DNA of 13,163 nucleotides, from IMG/VR virus record IMGVR_UViG_3300045988_075523, positions 1 to 13,163 of that record. The stretch is one strand, 5' to 3'. The position numbers and the translations under genes are program-made. Of this stretch, positions 1 through 5,863 are shown in pieces. Each line of letters opens with the position of its first letter. The stretch's first letter is position 1. Source of the DNA: a virus. The notes beneath the pieces were generated by a model. The model was given only the letters and a program-made list of their open reading frames with translations. It was not told the origin of the DNA and did no database searches.

Positions 1-11
1 GCGATACTCCC

Positions 12-113
12 GTCCGCCGTACACGGACACTTTTCCCCAAATGTCCGCCGTACACGGACACTCTGGCTGATTGTGCGTCCGTCACGGACAGATTGTACGC
101 CGTATACGGACAC
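12..113. repeat. Reiterated GTCCG..CGGAC units inside the ITR (4 copies); candidate origin or terminal-protein-complex binding sites
   Basis: The 20-mer gtccgccgtacacggacact is identical at 12-31 and 43-62 (31-bp period). Diverged copies are gtccgtcacggacag (77-91) and gtacgccgtatacggacac (95-113). Each carries short inverted arms. The set is mirrored in the right ITR. Confidence 0.8.
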
Positions 114-121
114 GGGATTGC

Positions 122-136
122 GTTCAATTATTGAAC
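122..136. promoter_or_regulatory. 15-bp palindrome copy 1 (GTTCAATTATTGAAC)
   Basis: Exact 15-mer at the inner edge of the left ITR, 13 nt upstream of the -35 of the left early promoter. Confidence 0.8.
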
Positions 137-149
137 GATAAAAGAAATA

Positions 150-178
150 TGGACACTTGCGCGCTATGGGTGTATAAT
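150..178 (+). promoter_or_regulatory. Left early sigma-A-type promoter
   Basis: TGGACA (150-155), 17-nt spacer, TATAAT (173-178). TG abuts the -10 (ggTGTATAAT). An SD and ATG at 211 follow. Confidence 0.7.
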
Positions 179-210
179 AGAGAATATAAATTAGAAAGTG
201 AGGTTTTACC

Positions 211-513
211 ATGAACAATGCTAAGTTTTTAGTCACTAATTTTACAGAGCGCTTACGCGGTCGATTAGATAGCGCTTTCATCAAGGACAATGTTATAGTT
301 AAATATAACGACTTCATGCAGTCTATTGATATAATGCTTTATCGCGTTGAGGGCAAAGTCGTTTTTAGGTATGATTGCCCCGTTAAAGATATTGTGTATA
401 ATGATAGCGGAAGAGTTAGTGATTTATTAGAGCGCTTAACCTGCTACTGTATTAATGACTATAAAGAATTATTAGCTTGTGAAGCAATTAGGGGGAGGGT
501 GAAAGAATGTTAA
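211..513 (+). CDS. Hypothetical early protein (100 aa)
   Basis: ATG preceded by GTGAGG SD at 7-nt spacing. First gene after the left early promoter. Its stop overlaps the next start (507). No motif recognised. Confidence 0.7.
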   Translation: MNNAKFLVTNFTERLRGRLDSAFIKDNVIVKYNDFMQSIDIMLYRVEGKVVFRYDCPVKDIVYNDSGRVSDLLERLTCYCINDYKELLACEAIRGRVKEC

Positions 514-1112
514 GCATAAATGAAATCACGGCCTTGCGCCGCGCCGCTTCCAAGGGTGACGCGGAAGCTTATAAAACCTTACTGGCAGAAAATGCGCGCC
601 TTGCCAAGCGCGCTAATACCCGTATGGTTGCGCTTGAAAAGGCGGGGCTTGCTTACTATGCCTACGAGCGCGCGGCGGGTTATCTTGCTTCCGAATACGG
701 CGCTAACCGCTTTACCACAAGCAAAAAGAAGCTCGCAGACCCTTACGACCTTGCACAAAACATATTGGAAGAACGGACTTTTTTGCGCGCGGAAACGTCA
801 ACAATATCGGGACAAAAGCGCGTTCGTGCGGCACGTATGCAGGCTTTTGCAAATATTGGCGTTTCTCTTCCGCAGGGCAGAGAGGACGATTTTTTAAGGT
901 TTCTCGGCTCTGACACCGTGCAAGCGGCATTAAGTGCCGTTGGGCGTAAAACTGCTATATCGGGGGAATTGGTGGAGAAACTGGCGGGCGCGTATGACAG
1001 CGCCGCGGAAAAAGCAGGCGTTAAACGCTATATAGTCAATCTATTAAATAAGTTTGCGAGTGGTGATATAGCGTATAATGAAGTAACCGACTATTTGGAA
1101 AGGAAATCATAA
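507..1112 (+). CDS. Putative terminal (priming) protein (201 aa)
   Basis: Strong GGGGGAGGG SD. Lies directly upstream of the protein-primed DNA polymerase and is translationally coupled to it (TAATG overlap at 1110-1114), as in phi29 and Cp-1. The segment KRANTRMVALEKAG loosely recalls phi29 p3 NRANMRYQFEKNAYG (from memory). The CDS is confident; the function is inferred from position. Confidence 0.5.
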   Translation: MLSINEITALRRAASKGDAEAYKTLLAENARLAKRANTRMVALEKAGLAYYAYERAAGYLASEYGANRFTTSKKKLADPYDLAQNILEERTFLRAETSTISGQKRVRAARMQAFANIGVSLPQGREDDFLRFLGSDTVQAALSAVGRKTAISGELVEKLAGAYDSAAEKAGVKRYIVNLLNKFASGDIAYNEVTDYLERKS

Positions 1113-3196
1113 TGGAACAGATTTACATAAACACGCAAGCGGGAAAGCGCTTAGAAACTGTATACAATATCAACGATTTTCCATACAGTTTTACAAACTA
1201 TGATTTTGAGATTGTCCGCAAAGCGCGGAAAGGGTCTTACTACAACATTGACGCGGCTTTCGATATTGAAGCAACTACTATTCAAGGGAAAGAAAAGCCA
1301 GTTGCATTTATGTATCAGTGGCAGTTTTGCTTACATGATAACGTGTGCTTTGGGCGCACTTGGGACGAGTTCAAAACATTTATCGAACGATTACGCAAGG
1401 GCTTTCAGTTATCTGACGGCGTGCGCTTAGTCGTTTATGTACATAACCTTGCTTATGAGTTCCAGTTTTTCCGCAACTTTTTTGAGATACAGAATATCTT
1501 TGCAACAGACCCGCGAAAAGTTATTTCCGTGCAGATAAGCGGCATAGAGTTCAGATGTTCTTACAAGCTCTCTAATATGTCTTTAGAAAAATTTTGCTCG
1601 TCCTCGAAAGGGTGTATCTATTGGAAAAAGGACGGCGGCTCGTTCAACTACGAGAAGCTGCGAACGCCCTCAACGCCGCTTACGGACATGGAAAAGGAAT
1701 ATTGCTATTGTGACGTGCGCGGATTGTGCGAGTGCATACGCGCTCTCATGGTGGAAGATACTCTTGCAACTATCCCTTTAACGTCTACTGGCTATGTTCG
1801 CAGAGAAGCACGCCACGCCGTGAAAGAAAATCCCGCTAACCATGAAAAGCTGAAGAGTTTATGTATTGATGAGAATAAATATATATTATTGCGTACCGCC
1901 CGACGCGGCGGCAATACGCACGCTTTGGCGCTATATTCCAACGAGGTGATAGAGGGCGTAAAAAGCAAAGATAAGAAGTCAAGTTATCCCGCTTCTATGC
2001 TTCTTTATGACTACCCCATGTCGCCCTTTTTGCAGATAAAGGGGCAGAAAGAGTTCTACAAAAGACTTGTCGCGGCTAATATGGCTATGTTAATAGACGT
2101 TACTTTTCGCGGCTTAGCAATTAAAAATATGCGAACAATTCCATATATCGCGCGCGCAAAATGCACCCAGTTAGAGTGCCGCGGTGCGCTGTTTGACAAT
2201 GGACGAATTATACGTGCAAGCTCCTGCCGTATGGTATGCACTGACGTGGATTTCCGTATCATAGTCGAGCAGTACACGGCGGACGATATAGAAATAAATG
2301 AGTGCTATATATCAGAATATGCCCCGTTGCCGAAAGAGTTTCGCGAGTGCGTCCGTGCTATGTTCATAGAAAAAGAGAAGCTACGGGACGGCGACCCGTA
2401 TTTATATGCAAAATTCAAAAATAAAATAAATGCTCTTTTTGGCATGATGCTGACGGATATATGCCACCCGCGTATTGAATACAATCCAAACGGACAGACA
2501 GAGGACATAGACGGGGAGAACGGTCTTTTTGAATGTGAAGTAGGAGATATAGAGGAAGAATTGCGACAGTACTATAAATCGCGCAATAGCTTTCTCGCTT
2601 ATCAGTGGGGCGTATGGGTAACAGCACACAGCCGAGCCGCATTGCAGGACGGCTTGAACGCCGTCGAGCGCGACGGCCTTTACACGGACACTGATAGCGT
2701 TAAGTATATAGGCGACCACGACGCGGACTTTGAGCGCCTTAATCATTCAATAATTAAACTTGCAGAAAAGCGCGACGTTCCCGCCTATATCGACACGCCA
2801 AAAGGACGCGTATATCTTGGAACGTGGGAGAACGACGGCGAGTATGCGCGTTTCAAAACTTGCGGTGCAAAGAAATACGCCTACGAGGACAAAAAGGGCT
2901 TGCATATCACGGTGGCAGGACTTAATAAGGAAAGCGGCGCGGAATACATCAAGCAGCAGGGCGGCATTGACGCGTTTAACATTGGCACTGTATTTCCCGA
3001 AAAGTGGGCGAAAAGAACCGTATCATATTTCAACGACGAGAAAAAGCCCTATATTTTGACCGTAACCAACGAGCGCGGGGAACGGGAAAAGATATTGACG
3101 GGAAGCAATATAGCGATTGTACCCACGACCTATACTCTTGGTATCACAGAAGAATATGCAGACTTGATAGATTACGCGCGGGCATTTCGTGACTGA
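1112..3196 (+). CDS. Protein-primed family-B DNA polymerase (694 aa)
   Basis: Exo I FDIEAT. Exo II HNLAYEFQF. Exo III YCYCDVRGL. Motif A DKKSSYPASM (DxxSLYPS-like). Motif B KNKINALFGMM (Kx3NSxYG-like). Motif C YTDTDS. KxY motif GAKKYAY. Size and ITR context fit phi29 gp2-type enzymes. Confidence 0.93.
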   Translation: MEQIYINTQAGKRLETVYNINDFPYSFTNYDFEIVRKARKGSYYNIDAAFDIEATTIQGKEKPVAFMYQWQFCLHDNVCFGRTWDEFKTFIERLRKGFQLSDGVRLVVYVHNLAYEFQFFRNFFEIQNIFATDPRKVISVQISGIEFRCSYKLSNMSLEKFCSSSKGCIYWKKDGGSFNYEKLRTPSTPLTDMEKEYCYCDVRGLCECIRALMVEDTLATIPLTSTGYVRREARHAVKENPANHEKLKSLCIDENKYILLRTARRGGNTHALALYSNEVIEGVKSKDKKSSYPASMLLYDYPMSPFLQIKGQKEFYKRLVAANMAMLIDVTFRGLAIKNMRTIPYIARAKCTQLECRGALFDNGRIIRASSCRMVCTDVDFRIIVEQYTADDIEINECYISEYAPLPKEFRECVRAMFIEKEKLRDGDPYLYAKFKNKINALFGMMLTDICHPRIEYNPNGQTEDIDGENGLFECEVGDIEEELRQYYKSRNSFLAYQWGVWVTAHSRAALQDGLNAVERDGLYTDTDSVKYIGDHDADFERLNHSIIKLAEKRDVPAYIDTPKGRVYLGTWENDGEYARFKTCGAKKYAYEDKKGLHITVAGLNKESGAEYIKQQGGIDAFNIGTVFPEKWAKRTVSYFNDEKKPYILTVTNERGEREKILTGSNIAIVPTTYTLGITEEYADLIDYARAFRD

Positions 3197-3227
3197 AAAA
3201 TTTTTTGAAAAAATTCAAAAAAATGTG
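3197..3227 (+). promoter_or_regulatory. A/T-tract (UP-element-like) region with TTTTGAA-AAAA-TTCAAAA inverted arms
   Basis: aaaaattttttgaaaaaattcaaaaaaa lies immediately upstream of the -35 at 3228. The role is inferred. Confidence 0.35.
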
Positions 3228-3256
3228 TTGACTTTTACCATTAAAAGGTGTATTCT
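3228..3256 (+). promoter_or_regulatory. Second early sigma-A-type promoter
   Basis: TTGACT (3228-3233), 17-nt spacer, TATTCT (3251-3256), with the same ggTGTAT context as the two end promoters. Confidence 0.65.
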
Positions 3257-3318
3257 ATAAGAGAAGTAAGGAACAGCACTTCATACAATGCAACTTTAAG
3301 AAAGAGAGGACTAAGACA

Positions 3319-3948
3319 ATGAGTAAAGAAATCACAACTACTAAGTTAACCTTAACGACCGAACAGCGCGAAAGCGCTATTAAGAGAATACAGAAAGGAC
3401 TTGCAGGCGTTGAGCGCGGCTATATCAATATAGCCGCTGACGTGGCAAAACTGGCAGACGCCGCCGCTTATACCGAAGTAGGTTATAAAAACATTTATGA
3501 CATGTGCGACGTTCTTTTCGGCATGAGCCGCGGCACTGTTTCCAATTTGCGCTCGATTGTAAAACGCTTCTTTGACAGCAACTATAAGATGCTTCCCGAA
3601 TATAAGGACTTCTCTGTTACCGCCTTGCTTGCTATGAAAGACCTTACAGACGAAGAAATACAGTTACTCGAGCTCACACCCGAAATGAGCAATAAAGAGT
3701 TGCGCGAGATTATCGCAAGTTTGAACGCCGAGAGCGCACCTGCTATTGAGGACAGCGAAGCAGAGAGCGGAACAGACAGCGAAGCAGAGAGCGAAGCAGA
3801 CAGCGAAGAAGCCGCACCCGACAGAGAGCCGAAGCGCTTGCAGTTATTTTGGAACTCCGAAACTGATGCCGACGGAAATAAGCTGATTAAGGCAATGCAG
3901 GAAGCAAAAGCAATGAACTATGACTTTGTAGAGGTCACGGTATTATAA
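3319..3948 (+). CDS. Putative DNA-binding protein: ParB/KorB-like HTH core with acidic low-complexity C-terminal region (209 aa)
   Basis: GAGAGGA SD 8 nt upstream and its own promoter. GMSRGTVSNLRSIVKRF ... FSVTALLAMKDL ... ELREII resembles the ParB/Spo0J HTH region (GKSRPHIANHLRLL ... LSMGHGRTLLGL ... from memory). No GERRxRA N-terminal CTPase motif. DSEAES repeats at aa 145-165. Confidence 0.45.
   Translation: MSKEITTTKLTLTTEQRESAIKRIQKGLAGVERGYINIAADVAKLADAAAYTEVGYKNIYDMCDVLFGMSRGTVSNLRSIVKRFFDSNYKMLPEYKDFSVTALLAMKDLTDEEIQLLELTPEMSNKELREIIASLNAESAPAIEDSEAESGTDSEAESEADSEEAAPDREPKRLQLFWNSETDADGNKLIKAMQEAKAMNYDFVEVTVL
3751..3813 (+). repeat. 24-bp tandem repeat (about 2.6 units) encoding DSEAESGT/DSEAESEA/DSEEAAPD
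   Basis: gacagcgaagcagagagcg is identical at 3751-3769 and 3775-3793. A partial third unit starts at 3799. Confidence 0.85.
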
Positions 3949-3953
3949 AAAAT

Positions 3954-4014
3954 AAGCGGCGCGCGGGCGTTCAATAATTGAACGCGCCGCAAGCGTCAAG
4001 CAAGCGCCGCTTGC
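3954..4014 (+). other. GC-clamped nested or alternative hairpin cluster between the early and late modules
   Basis: aagcggcgc (3954-3962) can pair either with cgcgccgc (3983-3990), enclosing palindrome copy 2, or with gcgccgctt (4004-4012). A separate 6-bp hairpin is gcaagc-gcc-gcttgc (4000-4014). No U-tract follows. Confidence 0.5.
3969..3983. promoter_or_regulatory. 15-bp palindrome copy 2 (GTTCAATAATTGAAC)
   Basis: Exact 15-mer at the apex of the GC-clamped hairpin, 81 nt upstream of the ATG at 4065. Confidence 0.8.
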
Positions 4015-4017
4015 CAG

Positions 4018-4033
4018 TGTTTCACGTGAAACA
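4018..4033. promoter_or_regulatory. parS: Perfect chromosomal-type parS (ParB/Spo0J site)
   Basis: TGTTTCACGTGAAACA is the fully palindromic form of the consensus TGTTNCACGTGAAACA. It lies 31 nt upstream of the ATG at 4065. Confidence 0.6.
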
Positions 4034-4064
4034 TTGAGTAAACAAAACAAAGAGAGGTAGTAAC

Positions 4065-4391
4065 ATGAAAAACATTAACAACGCAATCAACTTCACAAAA
4101 AAGGACGTTTTCAACGCAAACAACGGCAAGGCAATTAAAGACCTTGTAGGCGAAAAGCTAACCGTTACTGGTATTGCTTTTGGCACTGACGTGATGCAGG
4201 AAACGGGCGAAGAACGGGAAATGGTCGCAATCAAGACCGACAAGGGTATTGTCACAAGTGTGTCAGATACCGTAAAGAAATCACTTCTTGACCTTGCACC
4301 TATCATTGAAGAAGACGGTAAAGCAACCGTCACACCCGAAGTGCGCACAAGTGCAAAAGGGCGTGATTTTATCGTTCTTATCCTCGAATAA
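4065..4391 (+). CDS. phi29 p5-like single-stranded DNA-binding protein (108 aa)
   Basis: AGAGAGG SD. FNANNG...EEREMVAIKTDKGIVTSVSDTVKKSLLDL...SAKGRDFIVLIL parallels phi29 p5 FNAQTG...[30 protein letters not shown]...SSKGNVFFSLQL (recalled sequence; needs HHpred). Confidence 0.55.
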   Translation: MKNINNAINFTKKDVFNANNGKAIKDLVGEKLTVTGIAFGTDVMQETGEEREMVAIKTDKGIVTSVSDTVKKSLLDLAPIIEEDGKATVTPEVRTSAKGRDFIVLILE

Positions 4392-5431
4392 TGGCGGGGG
4401 AGAAAAAACCTTTTTTCTTTGATGTCCGCGGGCGTAGCGTTCAACCGTTCCAATTTTTTATCGGCGGGCGCGGGATAGGTAAAACCTATTCAGCGCTTGA
4501 CGCCGTGCGAGAGGGCAGTTTTAAGGACGCGGACGGGTCAACTTTCAAGATAGATAAAGTTATGTTTTTGCGCCGTTCCGAAACCGACATAACAAAAGCG
4601 GCAGAAAGCAACCCGTTCAAGAAGCTAAACAGCGACAAGGGCGACGCGATACAATGTGACTTTGTAAAGCGCTTGGGCTTTGGGCATATATGGCGCGACA
4701 ACGGAGAAGAACGGCAGGAGATAGGTTACACGGCGGCGCTTTCCACTTTTGCAGGCGTCCGCGGTACGGACTTTTCAGACGTCAATCTGATAATCTTTGA
4801 TGAGTTTATTCCCGAAAAGACTGCACGTCCTATCAAGGCAGAGGGGGAAGCAATGCTTCACTTGATAGAGACTATTAACCGCAACCGAGAACTTGTAGGA
4901 GTGCCGCCCGTGCGGGTGCTTTTTCTCGCAAACAGTATTACGCTTAAAAGTCCGATACTGTTTACATTAAACCTTGTGCAGGTAGTTGCTAATATGATAG
5001 GCAAGGGGCAACACAAATACACGGACAAGAGGCGTTGTCTTTATATCGAAGTAGTGGATAAAGACAGCATAGGCGTAAGCGGTGCAAAGTCGGAAACAGC
5101 GCTCTACAAACTGGCACGTAATACAGACTTTGAAAGGCAGGCGCTTGGAAATGAGTTTACAGGCGACAGCTTGCACCTTGTCCGAAAGGTAAACCTTTCA
5201 GAATATAAACCCTTTCTTGTTTTTGGCGGGTGTACGATTTATACACACAAAAGCAATGGTTTATGGTATGCCGCTATGCGGTTAGACACCGCGCCGTTAC
5301 ATTTCCAAGAATATGAAAACGAAAAGTTTCGGATGTTTTTCGGTGCGCGTTTTCGCTTAATTCTTAGCGGCGGCATACTGATTTTTGACAATATCAATAC
5401 AAAAATGTATTTAGAAACGGCCTTATTATAA
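4391..5431 (+). CDS. DNA encapsidation ATPase, phi29 gp16-like (346 aa)
   Basis: Walker A FIGGRGIGKTYS (phi29 VIGARGIGKSYA). Walker B LIIFDEFIPEK (TIVFDEFIREK). INRNRE (FRNRER). LANSITLKSPILFTLNLV (LSNAVSVVNPYFLFFNLV). GNEFTGDS (DNQFIGDS). TAATG coupling to the upstream SSB gene. Confidence 0.9.
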   Translation: MAGEKKPFFFDVRGRSVQPFQFFIGGRGIGKTYSALDAVREGSFKDADGSTFKIDKVMFLRRSETDITKAAESNPFKKLNSDKGDAIQCDFVKRLGFGHIWRDNGEERQEIGYTAALSTFAGVRGTDFSDVNLIIFDEFIPEKTARPIKAEGEAMLHLIETINRNRELVGVPPVRVLFLANSITLKSPILFTLNLVQVVANMIGKGQHKYTDKRRCLYIEVVDKDSIGVSGAKSETALYKLARNTDFERQALGNEFTGDSLHLVRKVNLSEYKPFLVFGGCTIYTHKSNGLWYAAMRLDTAPLHFQEYENEKFRMFFGARFRLILSGGILIFDNINTKMYLETALL

Positions 5432-5514
5432 GGGCGGTGACTACTGCAAAAAGTAGGCGCGCAGGGCTGACCGCGGAAGCGGGGCGCGTGACTTAGCCAG
5501 TCTAACCGCTCACC
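5432..5514 (+). ncRNA. Candidate structured RNA (pRNA-like or 3'-UTR element)
   Basis: Hand fold. Closing stem 5432-5438/5505-5511 (7 bp, one G-U that works only on the + strand). Hairpins: CTACT-gcaaaa-AGTAG (5441-5456), CGCGC..CCGC-GGAA-GCGG..GCGCG (5458-5488) and GACT-uagcc-AGUC (5490-5502). Internal-loop GGCUG (5465-5469) is complementary to loop UAGCC (5494-5498). GC-rich relative to its flanks. Confidence 0.3.
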
Positions 5515-5530
5515 TTTTAGCAATGTAATT

Positions 5531-5553
5531 ATGTTTCACGTGAAACATTTTTT
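5531..5553 (+). terminator. Possible intrinsic terminator formed by the parS palindrome plus a T6 tract
   Basis: ATGTTTC-ACGT-GAAACAT stem-loop followed by tttttt (5548-5553). The stem is AT-rich, so termination is probably partial. Confidence 0.4.
5532..5547. promoter_or_regulatory. parS: Perfect chromosomal-type parS (ParB/Spo0J site), second copy
   Basis: TGTTTCACGTGAAACA, extended to the 18-bp palindrome ATGTTTCACGTGAAACAT (5531-5548). It lies 8 nt from palindrome copy 3. Confidence 0.6.
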
Positions 5554-5555
5554 GG

Positions 5556-5570
5556 GTTCAATAATTGAAC
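5556..5570. promoter_or_regulatory. 15-bp palindrome copy 3 (GTTCAATAATTGAAC)
   Basis: Exact 15-mer, 18 nt upstream of the ATG at 5589 and immediately 5' of the SD. Confidence 0.8.
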
Positions 5571-5588
5571 AGAAAGCGAGGTTGTAAC

Positions 5589-5846
5589 ATGGCAGACGAA
5601 CAGAACACAGAGAATCAGGAAGAACAGAACAGCGGCCAGGAGCAGAACGACACCGCCGCAGAAATGGCGGCACTGAAAGAGCTGTTAGAAGACACAAACA
5701 AAAGCATAGCGTCACTTAAAAAAGACAACGAAGAATTAAAGAAGCTAAATTTTAAGTTAGCAATGCAGGCAGAGCGCTCGGAAGTACAGCAAAAGAGCGT
5801 AGAGGACTGCTTGCATGAGTGCTTTATGCCTACTATGAAAAAGTAG
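5589..5846 (+). CDS. Putative scaffolding protein (85 aa, acidic N-terminus, coiled coil)
   Basis: ATG with GCGAGG SD, preferred over the TTG at 5565 that lies inside the palindrome. Small, helical and Glu/Lys-rich. It directly precedes the capsid gene, like phi29 gp7. Confidence 0.6.
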   Translation: MADEQNTENQEEQNSGQEQNDTAAEMAALKELLEDTNKSIASLKKDNEELKKLNFKLAMQAERSEVQQKSVEDCLHECFMPTMKK

Positions 5847-5863
5847 GGGAAAGGAAGAAAAAA

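Larger units (their letters stand above)
1..138. repeat. Left inverted terminal repeat (138 bp)
   Basis: Bases 1-138 are the exact reverse complement of 13026-13163, compared base by base. Identity breaks at 139 (t, versus a in the right arm). Confidence 0.97.

Noticed and set aside
12-113. The ITR repeat units as a mini CRISPR array.
   Set aside because: There are only four units with irregular spacing (31, 34 and 18 bp between starts). The copies have diverged and the spacers are shorter than CRISPR spacers. The whole block is mirrored at the other end as part of the ITR.
122-136. The 15-bp palindrome as a Gram-positive LexA (Cheo) box, ARG box or other known host operator.
   Set aside because: The Cheo box is GAAC-N4-GTTC. 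Here the half-sites are in the opposite order (GTTC-N7-GAAC) with different spacing. The ARG box (TGAAT-N4-ATTCA), cre, CodY and Fur consensus sequences do not match either.
4011-4039. A late promoter, TTGCCA-17-TTGAGT, with parS filling its spacer.
   Set aside because: The -10 matches only 3 of 6 positions and lacks the conserved A at position 2. It is kept only as a remark in a finding, not as an annotated feature.
4022-4453. Long minus-strand ORFs overlapping well-supported plus-strand genes (for example 4022..4453, 5239..5523, 2402..2746, 8213..8530, 10518..10856, 10866..11147, 12225..12593, 12335..12622), and alternative-frame plus-strand ORFs (520..897, 2760..3059).
   Set aside because: They lie antisense to, or out of frame within, genes with clear family motifs. 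They have no SD sequences, and their translations are low-complexity or Cys/Arg/Ser-rich, as expected from shadow frames.
5432-5514. The cloverleaf-like fold with a 7-bp closing stem followed by A-CC, which at first glance looks like a tRNA.
   Set aside because: The arms do not fit tRNA geometry. There is no D-loop GG and no T-loop TTCRA. The middle arm is 31 nt with a GGAA tetraloop instead of a 7-nt anticodon loop. The minus-strand version has an A-C mismatch in the acceptor-like stem.
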